Source: Eledone cirrhosa
Taxonomy: Eukaryota
Direction of reading: 5' to 3'
Assembly: GCA_964016885.1 (NCBI GenBank)
Contig: OZ024741.1
Location: forward strand, 131,812,001 to 131,876,000
Length of the DNA: 64,000 bases
Shown: one piece after another, positions 40,085 to 54,429 of the stretch
Position numbering within the stretch: the first letter of the stretch is position 1
Layout of the letters: the number at the start of each line of letters is the position of its first letter
Notes under the pieces: model-generated
What the model saw: the letters and a program-made list of their open reading frames with translations, nothing else
Databases searched by the model: none
What the model was told of the DNA's origin: nothing
Made by a program: the position numbers and the translations under genes

Positions 40085-40617
40085 TTGTGAGTGTGTTGTG
40101 TGTACCTGTTATATTAGTGTAGTGCATTGCCTGACCCTTCTGCAATAGTATAGTATGAAGTCTATGGACTTTCGTTTAATGTATATAGGTTGTTTCTTTG
40201 TCCTATCAACTTGTACGGCGCTAATGCCTTTTATTTAAATAACAAATATGAAATATATAGTCACACAGACAGCATATGGAGCCATTATTGACTCAGTCTA
40301 GAACTACACTATTTCTAACAGTATACTGTGTATGTATGTGGATGCGTATGTATGTTGGAGGTTACGTGTGGGCGGATAGGGATGTAACGTTTACATTATT
40401 AGACGGATGTTTTTATTTAACTTAAAAATATGAGAAGAAATGTCAATAGTGAAAGGAAATTTCAAGCATTGTACTCAGCATTTGATAAAGAAGTATGTTA
40501 TGAAATGAACTATATCTGAGAAACGATATACACAGATACTCAAACACACCCACACACAATCACACATACATACATATATGTATGTGTGTATTGTGTATGT
40601 ATTTATGTATATATGAT

Positions 40618-40806
40618 AGTTGTATCTACTTTTGGCACAAGGCCAGCAATTATCCCAGTGTATTACTGGTGCTTTATTTTATCAACCCCGTAAGGATAAA
40701 AGGCAAAGTTAATCTGCGCGGGATTTGAACTCAGACCATAAAGGGCCGTAACTCTTTGCTGCAAAGCATGGCGTCAGACCCTCTACGGATACTGCCAATC
40801 TACCAC
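40618..40806 (-). mobile_element. SINE family S1
   Basis: Matches the S1 consensus. Confidence 0.85.
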
Positions 40807-42007
40807 GACTAAAGAAAGCAAGTGATTATTTTGGTAAATTAGATGGTCGTCTCTGGTGTCGAGGTGGGTTTACCATTGATATAAAGTTAAAGGTGTACAG
40901 AACATGTGTATTGTCTTCATTGTTGTACGGATGCAAAACTTGTGTCAAATACAAGCGAAATATAAACATGCTTCAACATTTTCATTAATATATACTCAGT
41001 ATCCATTAGCAGTCACATATGAGTGATGTTGAAGTACTGAAGTCATTTTGGAAGTATTGAGTCTCTAATTCAATATAGATTGTGCTGAAGCGGCCATGTA
41101 GTAAAAACGCCAGATCATCGTATTCCTAAGACGTTACTGTACAGGGAGTCAGTCAAAGGCAATCGGCCAAGGTATAAACCAAAACTCAGGTATAAAGACT
41201 GCATCTAAAATGCTTTGATAAAGTCAGAAATTAGAAAAGATAACTGGCAAGACAGTTAAAATGTTTGACAGGTAAAATGTTTTCGGCGTTACCAATGGGA
41301 AAATATCTAGGAGATTCTGTTACCGGTTTTAATTTTCTGCTAAGTAATTCATTAAAGTATGGAAGAACTCTGTCGACAGTGAACCAATTCATAATGAAGC
41401 ATTTGTAACCGTAGACTCTGATCTTTCAGAAAAATTGAATGAGAGAGAGAGAGAGGGAGAGAGAGAGTGGGGAGAGAGAGAGAGTGATGAGAGAGATAGA
41501 GGGAGGTAGAGAGAGATGGGGAGAGAGAGAGAAGTTGCGTTTACTTTTTCCTTAGATCTAAAGGACTTCAGATGTTGACAGTACCGCCACATGAGTTTAT
41601 TAGTGGACCCTAGTATAGTTTCTCTGAATACCATCATGTGGAATTAATATGGTTGTATATACAGAGACTTTCAGCGAACAACTGATCCAATTTCAGCAGA
41701 TGCGGGTGAGCTGGTGTGGTGAGAATTATATGGATGCGTATCTTCAGACAGAGCGTTTGGTTCGAAAAACATATTGTCTAGCGTTATGTGGGTTAAATTG
41801 TTTATGGTATTTATATGATATCGGAAAGTGGTGTCTTACAGGATATAGGAAGTTCCTGGTGATATTTGAAGTGACGTCTAAATTATGAGTGGAGTGAACC
41901 ATACTTTCCGATTCCTGAATCTGCTAGAAAATATCTGAAAGAGTAATCACGTTGTATATGCATCTATGAAACTCCGAGTAATGATTGTTTGTGTCAACAA
42001 CTGTTCC

Positions 42008-42044
<37 letters not shown>

Positions 42045-42354
42045 GGGGGGCGTGCGTGCAGGGGGAAAGTGGGCGAGAGAGAAATATGTAAATATAGACA
42101 TTATATATACATATGTAAGTGTGAGTGTGTGTGTGTGGGGGGGGGGGCGTCTGTATGTGTATATGTATGTGTGTGTGTGCTTGTATGTGTGCACTTGTTT
42201 GCGTACGTAATACGCAGGCGCAAAGCACTTATGTTGATGTAATACGGAAAACATCGACGGGAGACACGAAAATAGATTGTAATTACATTTACACAGGGTT
42301 GTCTGGGAAAGTTCGGAAAACAAGATTCGGACGTGGATAGATAGTAGAGGCTCT

Positions 42355-44492
42355 GGGAAGAGAGGTGGTGAGGTGGGGGAAGGATTAGGCCTGCAAGGGT
42401 GGAAGTAGAAACAGGAAGATCACCGATGGTGGTGGGAAGAGAGGTGGTGAGGTGAAGGAAGGATTAGGCCTGCAAGGGTGGAAGTAGAAAAAGGAAGATC
42501 ACCGATGGTGGTGGGAAGAGAGGTGGTGAGGTGAAGGAAGGATTAGGCCTGCAAGGGTGGAAGTAGAAACAGGAAGATCACCGATGGTGGTGGGAAGAGA
42601 GGTGGTGAGGTGGGGGAAGGATTAGGCCTGCAAGGGTGGAAGTAGAAACAGGAAGATCACCGATGGTGGTGGGAAGAGAGGTGGTGAGGTGGGGGAAGGA
42701 TTAGGCCTGCAAGGGTGGAAGTAGAAACAGGAAGATCACCGATGGTGGTGGGAAGAGAGGTGGTGAGGTGGGGGAAGGATTAGGCCTGCAAGGGTGGAAG
42801 TAGAAACAGGAAGATCACCGATGGTGGTGGGAAGAGAGGTGGTGAGGTGAGGGAAGGATTAGGCCTGCAAGGGTGGAAGTAGAAACAGGAAGATCACCGA
42901 TGGTGGTGGGAAGAGAGGTGGTGAGGTGAGGGAAGGATTAGGCCTGCAAGGGTGGAAGTAGAAACAGGAAGATCACCGATGGTGGTGGGAAGAGAGGTGG
43001 TGAGGTGGGGGAAGGATTAGGCCTGCAAGGGTGGAAGTAGAAACAGGAAGATCACCGATGGTGGTGGGAAGAGAGGTGGTGAGGTGAGGGAAGGATTAGG
43101 CCTGCAAGGGTGGAAGTAGAAACAGGAAGATCACCGATGGTGGTGGGAAGAGAGGTGGTGAGGTGGGGGAAGGATTAGGCCTGCAAGGGTGGAAGTAGAA
43201 ACAGGAAGATCACCGATGGTGGTGGGAAGAGAGGTGGTGAGGTGGGGGAAGGATTAGGCCTGCAAGGGTGGAAGTAGAAACAGGAAGATCACCGATGGTG
43301 GTGGGAAGAGAGGTGGTGAGGTGGGGGAAGGATTAGGCCTGCAAGGGTGGAAGTAGAAACAGGAAGATCACCGATGGTGGTGGGAAGAGAGGTGGTGAGG
43401 TGAGGGAAGGATTAGGCCTGCAAGGGTGGAAGTAGAAACAGGAAGATCACCGATGGTGGTGGGAAGAGAGGTGGTGAGGTGGGGGAAGGATTAGGCCTGC
43501 AAGGGTGGAAGTAGAAACAGGAAGATCACCGATGGTGGTGGGAAGAGAGGTGGTGAGGTGGGGGAAGGATTAGGCCTGCAAGGGTGGAAGTAGAAACAGG
43601 AAGATCACCGATGGTGGTGGGAAGAGAGGTGGTGAGGTGGGGGGAAGGATTAGGCCTGCAAGGGTGGAAGTAGAAACAGGAAGATCACCGATGGTGGTGG
43701 GAAGAGAGGTGGTGAGGTGAGGGAAGGATTAGGCCTGCAAGGGTGGAAGTAGAAACAGGAAGATCACCGATGGTGGTGGGAAGAGAGGTGGTGAGGTGGG
43801 GGAAGGATTAGGCCTGCAAGGGTGGAAGTAGAAACATGAAGAACACCGATGGTGGTGGGAAGAGAGGTGGTGAGGTGTGGGGGAAGGATTAGGCCTGCAA
43901 GGGTGGAAGTAGAAACAGGAAGATCACCGATGGTGGTGGGAAGAGAGGTGGTGAGGTGGGGGAAGGATTAGGCCTGCAAGGGTGGAAGTAGAAACAGGAA
44001 GAACACCGATGGTGGTGGGAAGAGAGGTGGTGAGGTGAGGGAAGGATTAGGCCTGCAAGGGTGGAAGTAGAAACAGGAAGATCACCGATGGTGGTGGGAA
44101 GAGAGGTGGTGAGGTGGGGGAAGGATTAGGCCTGCAAGGGTGGAAGTAGAAACATGAAGAACACCGATGGTGGTGGGAAGAGAGGTGGTGAGGTGTGGGG
44201 GAAGGATTAGGCCTGCAAGGGTGGAAGTAGAAACAGGAAGATCACCGATGGTGGTGGGAAGAGAGGTGGTGAGGTGGGGGAAGGATTAGGCCTGCAAGGG
44301 TGGAAGTAGAAACAGGAAGAACACCGATGGTGGTGGGAAGAGAGGTGGTGAGGTGAGGGAAGGATTAGGCCTGCAAGGGTGGAAGTAGAAACAGGAAGAT
44401 CACCGATGGTGGTGGGAAGAGAGGTGGTGAGGTGGGGGAAGGATTAGGCCTGCAAGGGTGGAAGTAGAAACATGAAGAACACCGATGGTGGT
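42355..44492 (+). repeat. 79-bp G/purine-rich minisatellite (~27 copies)
   Basis: Unit GGGAAGAGAGGTGGTGAGGTGGGGGAAGGATTAGGCCTGCAAGGGTGGAAGTAGAAACAGGAAGATCACCGATGGTGGT; copies near-identical. Confidence 0.98.
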
Positions 44493-44721
44493 GATGACGA
44501 TATTGATCATGATGATGGTGGTGGTTGTGGTTGTGGTGATGGTGCTGGTGGTGATGATAATGACGACGACGACGATATTGATGGTGATAGTTGTGATGAT
44601 GATGATGAGGAGGAGGCGGAGGAGGAGGAGGAGAAGGAGGGGGCTGGAGGGGGAGCAGGAGCAGGAAATGGATAGCGATTTTGAAATTTATGTTCACGTT
44701 GTTAGTGATAATGAAATGGAG

Positions 44722-44762
<41 letters not shown>

Positions 44763-44904
44763 TAGATGATCATGATGACAATTTTGACAATACTGTTGAG
44801 GATGAAGATGATGATTAAGATGATGATTAAGATGATGATTAAGATGATGATTAAGATGATGATTAAGATGATGATCTTCGTAATTATGAATATAAAATCC
44901 GTAA

Positions 44905-45125
44905 TAATAATGGTTTCTACTTTTGGCACATGGCCTGCAGTTTGAAAGGAAAGGGAAAGTCAATTAAATCGAACCCAGTGCGTTACTAGTATTTATCTTA
45001 TCGACCCCGTGATGGTTGAAAAGCATAGCTAGCCTAGGCTGGATATTAATTCAGAATGTAAAGGAACGTAACTATATACCACAAAGCATATTGTCCGGCG
45101 CTCTATCGATATTACTATCCACCGT
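44905..45125 (-). mobile_element. SINE family S1 (diverged)
   Basis: TTTCTACTTTTGGCACA...TATCGACCCCGT. Confidence 0.7.
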
Positions 45126-46766
45126 CCTTAAAGTCTTCGAAATAATTGTTTTTGATATAGACACAAGACCAACAATTTTGGGGGCAGCGGAAAGAATATT
45201 TCTTGGGGGGGGGGGGGGGATTCAATTTTCAGTGTTTGAATTTATCTGTTAATGTAGGTAATGTGGATCTTGATTAAGATCGCTTCTTAATAATTAGGTC
45301 TCGATATCGATCTCACAGCGTGACGTTTTTGGGCAATTGTCATTTATTATAGTATTGGGTCGACCCATGCCTAGTGAATTAAATTGGGCAGGCAGGAACT
45401 GTTTGGGAGCCTATTGGAGGGACTGTATCTGTACTTTAAAGGACTAACTAGCTTTGTCACACGCTGGGTCACTTTGAATCTTCTTGGGGATTGCGTTAAG
45501 TGTACAAGTGCATGTAGACTGTTTAGCCACTTACATATTCGAACACCTTGGACACTCAGCGTCGAAACCGACAGAGGTCGATTCGATTGTAGGCTCTCAA
45601 CTGTTCAATCTATTTCCGCATGGTCGTAGATTCGGCTAGTGATCACAGCGGAGATTGGCAATGAGTGTGTGTACTTGAACAGAATATATTCCGATAATCG
45701 CTGTCCTTCTGCAGTAATCATTGTTACGTAAGTGGTGTTGTTGATGACTGGGTTGTTGTTGATGTTGATAGTATTGCTGGCCGTAATGTCGGAGAGGATG
45801 GTGTTGGTAGTGTTGACGATAGGGGTGGTGTTGGTGTTTGTTTGTGGTGTTGATGGTGGTAATTTTGGTAGGGTTTGTTTTTGGTGTTTTAATTGTGGAT
45901 GGCGTTGCTTTGACTCTAGGAGGTATTTTTAGTGATGTTGTTGGTGTAATTGTTGTTTCTCTTAGTGTTTGGTTGGTATTGTTAGCAGTAGGTCCCTGGT
46001 GGTGTGAATATGGTTAGTGTTGTTTTTGCTTTTGTGGTATTGTTAGTATTCATGTCGGTGTAGTTGTTGTCAATGTCCGCGACATTGTTGGCTGATGGTA
46101 TTGATGGTGGCGTCGATCTTGTTCTTGATGGTGTTGGCAGTGTTGCTGGCAATGATGTTAGAAATGTTTGTGGTGAATAGGTAGAAGCTGGGCGTGATGT
46201 TGGTGTTGTTGTTGTTGGTATTGGTGTTGGTCTTGATGCTGGTGCTGTTGATGCTGGGGTTGTTGTTGATGCTGGGCGTGTTTTGGTTGTTGGTGTTGGT
46301 GCTGGTGATGTCCTTGTTGATGTTGGTGGTAGTGGTGTTAGTTGTTGGTGATAGTCTTATTGGTGTTGTTGTTGTTGGTGGTGGTACTGGGGTTAATATT
46401 TGTGTTGGTGATAAGATGGTTGTTGGTGGTTTTAGTGTTGGTACTCTTGTTCTTCTTGAAGAGAGAGAAAATCTATTTTGATATTTCCTTGACTTCAATA
46501 GAAACACAAATAGTGCTGGGTAGATGTAAGGTTTCACTTAGTAAAGCTGTCTATTTGTGTTGTAGTGTAATACTAGTGGTTGGGGTGGTTATTGTAGTGG
46601 TGTGGTGGTTGTGTGGTAGTTGTGGTAGTGGTGGTGGTGGTGTGGTGGTTGTGTGGTGGTAGTGGTGGTGGTGTGGTGGTTGTGGTGTGGTGTGGTCGTT
46701 TTGGTGGTTGTGGAGGTATGGTGGTTGAGTGGTGGTGGTGTGGTAGTAGTAGTAGTAGTAGTAGTA

Positions 46767-46823
<57 letters not shown>

Positions 46824-47847
46824 TTGGTAATTGAAGAGATTGTGTCGGTGGTAATGGCGGCTGATGTTGAAATGCTAGTTGTAATTGCAGTAGTAGTTGT
46901 AGTATTGGTGGTAATTGTAGTAAATAATGATGGTGATGCTGATGGTGGTGGCGGATGTCATTGTACTATTGGGTAAAATGTTGGGGAAGTACTATTACCT
47001 ACAGTGGTGGTATTGAAAGACGAGGTAATGCATTTGGTGTTGATGTTGGTATTGGTGATGGTGTTGGTGATAGTGTTGGTGTTGGTGGTAATATTGGTGT
47101 TGGTGTTGGTGTTGGAATTGTTGATGGCGATGATGTTGGTGTTGGTGATGGTGTTGGTTTTGGTGATAGTGTTGGTGTTGGTATTGGTGATGGTGTTGGT
47201 GGTGGTGTTGTTGTTTGTGTTGGTATTGATGTTAGTTTTGGTGTTGGTGTTGGTGTTGGTGTTGGTGTTGGTATATATGTTGGTGTTGTTGTTGGTGTTA
47301 ATATTGGTATTGGTGTTGATGATGGTTTTGGTGTTGGTGTTTGTCGTGTTAGGTCTGTTCGTATTGTTGCTGGTGTTGATGCTACATTTAGTGCTGTTGA
47401 TAATATTGATGTTAGAGTTAGTGTTGATGTTGGAGCAACTGTGTTATAAATGTTACGCCAAATATTACTTAACCTGCTGTTTTCAAGCCTGGCATACTTT
47501 AACCGAATTATTTCCTAACAACTACGAAATGTTTCCGCTGCCGACATCATTTGACCGATGACATTTAAGGTCAGGGTTAGTTTATAAGGTGGGTGATGTG
47601 GAGCTAGGAATGTGGGGGGTATGTTGCAGTAATAATTATTCCTTTATTCTTTTAGTGGTTTCAGTCAGTTGTGGCCATGGTGGGGCACCACAATGAATTA
47701 ATCGATCATATCGACCATAGTACTTATTTTAGCGATATACTTTATTTATATTTTGAACTGCTAGATTAAATACAGAGGCACAAACTTAAATATAGATATG
47801 GACGGGAACACACACGCACATGCAAACATATATATATATAAATATAC

Positions 47848-47923
<76 letters not shown>

Positions 47924-47924
47924 A

Positions 47925-48024
47925 CAGGGTGTCCCAAAATAATGTATACATACTTCAACAGCATTCTAATAAATATTGCCTGTACAGGTAATCAATGTGT
48001 GTATATATTTTTGGGGACACCCTT
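47925..48024. mobile_element. Tc1/mariner-type MITE (~100 bp)
   Basis: TA|CAGGGTGTCCCAAAA ... TTTTGGGGACACCCTT|TA. Confidence 0.8.
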
Positions 48025-48026
48025 TA

Positions 48027-48069
<43 letters not shown>

Positions 48070-48392
48070 CTAAACGTCTGATGAGCAGATCGATGCCAGA
48101 GTTATGTCTGTTGTATCGATTAAGACCTTGAGTTGATCATCTACGAGAGAGAAAAAAACATACAAAACGTACATGTATGTGTGCTGATGATTATACACAC
48201 AAATAATATAGAAGATATGGAAACATTGCAAATGTTTCCATATAAGGGCTTACAATCCGCCAAAATCTGAAAACCTATCTTCTTGAATCATTACAGTAAC
48301 TTTACTGTTGTTGACGTTGTTGTTGCTGTTATTTTGGTTATCATTGTTGTTGTTGTTGTTTTTCTTGTTGGTGTTGTTGTTGTTGGTGTTGG

Positions 48393-48428
<36 letters not shown>

Positions 48429-48788
48429 GCTGCTGCTGCTTCTGCTGCTGCTGTTGTTGTTGTTTAGTCTCCAGATCTACTCTGATAGAACAAACATAAG
48501 ATCAAAGAGGTTCTAGCTATGATCATTACGTACATCATTTATTCAGACATGGCGTATTCAGGACTCGATTATCCAATATGACCCCATTTTAAAACTGTAA
48601 TATTATTTAATGAAGATTTAGTTGCTATTTCTTGCAGTCTGAGCGTCTGCACAGCGGCTCGCTCGTTCCCTCATTAAAATAGGTTTTCTGAAAATGGCGT
48701 TCTTAATGATTACAATCATCTCAGCTATCAAAGTTATCTCTAAATCTGTGTCCTTAAACATTGCACTTAGAAGTATCATTGCATGCAG

Positions 48789-48804
48789 TGCTGCCCCCTG
48801 GCGG
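48789..48804 (-). promoter_or_regulatory. CTCF core motif match
   Basis: CCGCCAGGGGGCAGCA closely matches the CCACCAGGGGGCGC consensus; lies in unique sequence. Confidence 0.5.
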
Positions 48805-48981
48805 TAACAAAACCCTTTGCTATCTGCAAGAATAAACAAATAATGAATTTATGACAACAGATGTGACCCACATATTTTCACAATGATCGAAGTAGATGAA
48901 GAGGCTTAGTAGAATTATTTCAATATCAAACATAGACACGCAATATATATGTGTCTGTCTGTCTGTCTGTCTGTCAGTCTG

Positions 48982-49068
<87 letters not shown>

Positions 49069-49121
49069 GTCTATCGATCTATATATATATATATATATCA
49101 TTCTGTCAATTTACATAAACA

Positions 49122-49201
<80 letters not shown>

Positions 49202-49236
49202 CATATATATATGTATGTGTGTGTGTATATATATGC

Positions 49237-49274
<38 letters not shown>

Positions 49275-49979
49275 ATGCACATATATATAGAGAGAGAGGG
49301 GAAGAAAAAGAGGGAGAGAATATGTAATGCTATATAGAGAGCCCCCTATCTCTACCCAAACTATATTTCATGGTATACACGCCATCCCCTCTGTACACGT
49401 ACACAACCTAGAAAGGTGATAGACATTACCATGTACTCTAAGCACTTTTTATATAACACACCCCATCTCTTATTGCCAGCTCTTTGCTGGCAGAAACAAT
49501 TTACATAAGACATAAGAGAAAGAGCCCAAACCCTGGGGCTGGACATAAATAAGAGCATTCAACTCAGCAAAATACAGCCACGCCTCTTTAGATTGAAATT
49601 ACAGAATCATAACACCCAGCTGTTGTATGTATATTTCGTTACCATCAACAGAGTGACTCTAATGGCTTGACCGAATTCTTCAGAGACATGCCGGCGGGAG
49701 AAGTGTGTGGAGAGAAGATAGGGATAATAAGTAAGTTATGAAGAGAGGTGTGGTGGAGAAATTAAAGAGGTTAGGGAGCTGAGATAGTTGCAAGAGGGAG
49801 TCAGAAAAAATGGGGCTGGAAGAGAATGGGGTTGCTCAGAGCAAAGACAGTAAAGAAGCAAAATATACAAAGAGAGGTTGCTACAAGGATATGTTAATAT
49901 ATACATACACATAAATACACACGCACACATAACACATACATGCATACACACGCATACATGCATACACACACACACATAA

Positions 49980-50011
<32 letters not shown>

Positions 50012-50210
50012 CTAGGGAGTGTAGGTTCACCCGGGTGAGCACTCGATGTTTAGATTCACGTCGGTATCGAGGTGTAGAGCTAGACAGAGTGTAGTATAAT
50101 AAAATAAAACTAGGACGAGCCGCGGATTACAGAGTCGGGCTAGATCGGTACAGATCGAACTTTGAGCATAACAAACCAATAAACGTAATGAATGAGTAAC
50201 CATTCGTCCT

Positions 50211-50269
<59 letters not shown>

Positions 50270-50270
<1 letters not shown>

Positions 50271-50468
50271 CGTTTCTGAATTTGTTTAGCAAGATTCTTT
50301 ATCTGAAAACATGTGTTGAAACCGATATTGTTATACTTTGGGAGGGTCATGTTGCCAATAAGAAACACACGCACCAGTTGCTTTCACTTCAATTTATTAT
50401 AATAAATTGAAGTGAAAGCAACTGGTGCGTGTGTTTCTTATTGGCAACATGACCCTCACAAAGTATAA

Positions 50469-50474
<6 letters not shown>
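50270..50474. mobile_element. Family B-related PLE end forming a ~150-bp spacerless palindrome
   Basis: 50325-50474 is self-complementary around TTTATTATAATAAA; ends match family B (TTATACTTTGGGAGGGTCAT). Confidence 0.8.
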
Positions 50475-50517
<43 letters not shown>

Positions 50518-50525
50518 TATATACA

Positions 50526-51442
50526 CTAGTAGTGGTACCCTGCATTGCGCGGGATAAGGTATTTAGGAACGCGGGCCGCCAACAGACCTAATCGTGGAAA
50601 AACTGCATGCCTGGACAATATGTAAAGAAAATAAACCGAATACTCTGATAGCTGGATAATCTTTAAGATTTTCCTCGATGAAGCAGGAAAAATGCAAGTT
50701 TTCACCTAATTCTAAGGGATCAAGAAAATTAATTTTTTTATGTGCATAATATGCCTTGAAATTTCGGGAAAATTGGCTAGACGTAACGCCTCCAAAAAGC
50801 CCTAAAAAGCTGAAAAAATGAAGTTTTTCACCTAGGCCATAAAAAAGTTGGATTTTTTGGGCTCACGGTGTGAAGAAAAGACTGACTAATACATAGTTAC
50901 AATTTCAAGGAAGTCGGTCTGACGTCACGCCTCAAAAAACCCTAAAAAGCTTAAAAAACGCAGTTTTTCACCTAATGCGGGCCCTAGGAGATCAAAATGT
51001 TGAATTTTATGTGCATAACACTCCCTGAAACATAAGTAATACATATGTAAAGTTTGAAAAAAATCGGTTGGGTACTTCTCGAGTGTTAGGGACTCAAACT
51101 CACAGACACACACACACACACATACACACACACACAGACAGACATCCTCAGGTAAGTGACGTAATGCAGACAGCCAGACATACAGACAGATATTATAAGG
51201 GCGCGACGTTATATGTATGTATCTATCTAAAAAGAGAAAGACTAAGAATTATAGAGAGAGATCGCTAAATCGCCTAATGCGGTCCCTAGGGCATTGAACA
51301 TTTGAAATTTCTTTGCTCAGAACACTCCCTGAAACATAAGTATTACATGTGTAAAGGTTGAAAACAGTCGGTTGGATGCTTCTCGAGTTTTAGGGATTCA
51401 AACTCACACACACACAAACATCCTCAGTTTTATATATATAGA
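50526..51442 (-). mobile_element. Non-autonomous Helitron-like element
   Basis: Minus strand 5' TCTATATATATAAAACTGAGG + (GT)n; 3' CCCGCGCAATGCAGGG hairpin then CTAG|T; internal duplication; partial copy at 57729-57892. Confidence 0.75.
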
Positions 51443-51447
51443 TATAG

Positions 51448-51617
<170 letters not shown>

Positions 51618-52157
51618 TTGTTGTGAAAGAGTCATTTCTCAATCTTGGCGCAAAACCAATTTTTTATTCACATGACCTCTACCGACCAATCAAAATTGTT
51701 TTGACCACAAGAATTTTTGCTGGAGCCACTTTTTTAACATAAAAACAGGTAGAATTCCCAAAACTAATCAGATCAGAGCAAACAGCACGGACACTCTATC
51801 TCAAAATTATTTTTGAAAAGCATTTAGAAATGCGCAACCGGTAAAAACTTAAAAACTTAAAACCACAACTGAATACTAACCCATACAATCACTAATACTC
51901 TTTTATTCCTAATTAAACCATTTTTCAACTGTGAACAATTTGTCAGCATTTTCTATTCCGTTTACCAATATATAATAACTTGTGTGTTACACCTCTATTC
52001 TTTTAACTATATATATATATATATATATACTTACTGTAAATATTGATGCAATACGAATCAAGCACTCTACGTACTTTTTCCATATAGGAATGACGGAGTA
52101 TACTTAGAATAAGAAAAGGCGAAGATGTTTCTGATGTTAAAGTTCGTTATTGATAAG

Positions 52158-52232
52158 GCTGTGATACATATTTCAATGACGACAGTGGCCACGTGATTCC
52201 GTGTACACAATGACATGATCTCATCAGACAGC
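52158..52232 (-). ncRNA. Type I hammerhead ribozyme with long helix II (family I)
   Basis: GCTGT CTGATGA [46-nt imperfect hairpin] GAAA TATGTAT C ACAGC; helix I GCTGT/ACAGC, AUC site. Confidence 0.7.
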
Positions 52233-52695
52233 TTCTTACATTATTAGGTTACGTTCTCTAGGCTTTCAAGAACATCATCTTTGTCCGTTCCTTTGTCATT
52301 TAAATTTGGATTGCTGGGTTAGCTCGGATCTAGCTGTCGAAACGGCCGGAGCCCAGACAGATGCACACAGATGCACACAAACATACCACAACATCTACAA
52401 TCTCAGCTGTATACACTCTTGTCAGTAGTTAGGACTAATGTTGAACAAAAAGAACTGCGAAAATATATGATACGAGGGAACATTGAGGAAATATGCATGA
52501 TTACAATAACCAACATTACATATGAGTATATGTCTGTGTGTGATTGTGTGTATGTGCATGTATGTATGCATGTATGTATAGTAATGCTTCTATACATTCA
52601 AAATGTCAATAAATGATGTATTACAAACATAAAATACAACCACAAAGGTGAAATGGAAATGGGTTATGTCCTAGTTTGTTTATATATATGCATAA

Positions 52696-52727
<32 letters not shown>

Positions 52728-53902
52728 CATTATTATATGCTATCGCATTTTTATATACACAATTAAATACACAAAAAGAGTCATAGATATGCCATTATAT
52801 ATATATACGTACAACATACGTACAATATACAAATATGACATTATTTATGTAACATCTAACATTATGTGAGGCCTAGAGCTTCTACCAAATGTTAATAAAC
52901 ATATGACCGATATTGTTCAAATTTAAGCAGTAAAGGACTAATAAAGAAATATAGAACACTTTTGGTAATAAAAAAGTTGACTAACAACACTGAATGGAAA
53001 TACCCCATTATGTAAAATCCTACGCGGTGGAAATTTTGACACACTCATTTAATCTGCTAGAAATAGCTACTGAAACGTCTTTAAATCATACACTCATCAT
53101 CATCACCATCGTTTGCATGCAGTAGCAGACGGTTATAATCCTCCTCGACCCATTGCAGCGTTCATACTCAATTCTTATTTCATTGTCAAGTGATTAGCCT
53201 TGTTCATCGGTTGGATTTAAATCCCTAGGCGAAAACAGGTACCACAAACCATCTCAAACGACGCGCAGATAATTCGCCAAATCGTCACCGTAAGCAGTTA
53301 ATTTATTTACCGACCTCGAATGGATGAAAAGCAAATTTGACCTCGGCCGGATTTGAACTCAGAGAGCAAAAAGAGCCGGAACGAATACCACCAAACACTC
53401 TAACCGACGTTCTAATGACTCTGTGAACCACCGTCTTATGTTAGCTACAACCTTAAAAAAAGGACAAGAAAATCACAGCTGGCATACATTTGAACATTTA
53501 TCTACTCGAACGGGTCCGAGTTAAACAATAGCAACTACTAAGGCCCAATGTATCTATGCATAATATATAAGTAAATATTTTCTCGTTATTCTTATCGTAC
53601 TCTGTGGCAGCAAAGTCACATTAACTGAATGTTCTTAGCGTAGTCTCTCGTAATCGAGTATGACATGGTATGTTGTACCTAAGGGCTTTAGTTGTCATAT
53701 CATCCAGCGAAAAATGTGACAGCTGGATGGAATGAGAGCTACATAAGCACTGGTTGGTACTTTCTTTATTGACCCCGAAAAAGATTATGGCAAAGTGGAC
53801 CTTCAAGCAAATATGCAACACTACTGACTCTGCAATTAAAACCAACTATATATATACATTAATAAGAAAATAGCGAGAAAATATTAAATTCTTTACACAC
53901 TT

Positions 53903-53978
<76 letters not shown>

Positions 53979-54429
53979 TTACACACACATACACACGCGC
54001 TTGCAGAAATTGTTTTTTACAGAAAAAGCTGCACATACACTCACATGCCTGAATTACACACGAAGAAAACAACTGACTTCTTCGAGGCATATTTAATATG
54101 GCATTAGCGATAATCATCGAAAAAATAACAACAACAAAAAACAACCATAACACAACAACCACTGCAAGAACACAATAGCAACAACAACAAAAATCACAGC
54201 CAAAATTATGAGAAAGACAACAGCTAAAATATAAAGCACTACTTGCCACCAACAACGAACAACCTTAGCAACTACAACAATATGCAACACTACATCACCA
54301 CACCACCACCACATCACTACCACATCACTACTACAGCCCCACTACAACCACAACAATACGACAACACCGTGTAATACCACGCTACCGCCACGACAACGAT
54401 AATGCACCCTCATGCTACCATCACTACCA

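Noticed and set aside
38535-44492. Tandem arrays as CRISPR or ribozyme arrays
   Set aside because: No unique spacers, no cas genes, eukaryotic context; no CTGANGA/GAAA core in either unit
45730-47561. Val/Leu/Gly-rich ORFs resembling membrane proteins
   Set aside because: Degenerate (GTT/GGT)n low-complexity DNA
48074-48130. CTGATGAG followed by a long hairpin
   Set aside because: GAAA, helix III and helix I not recoverable; at best a very decayed HHR
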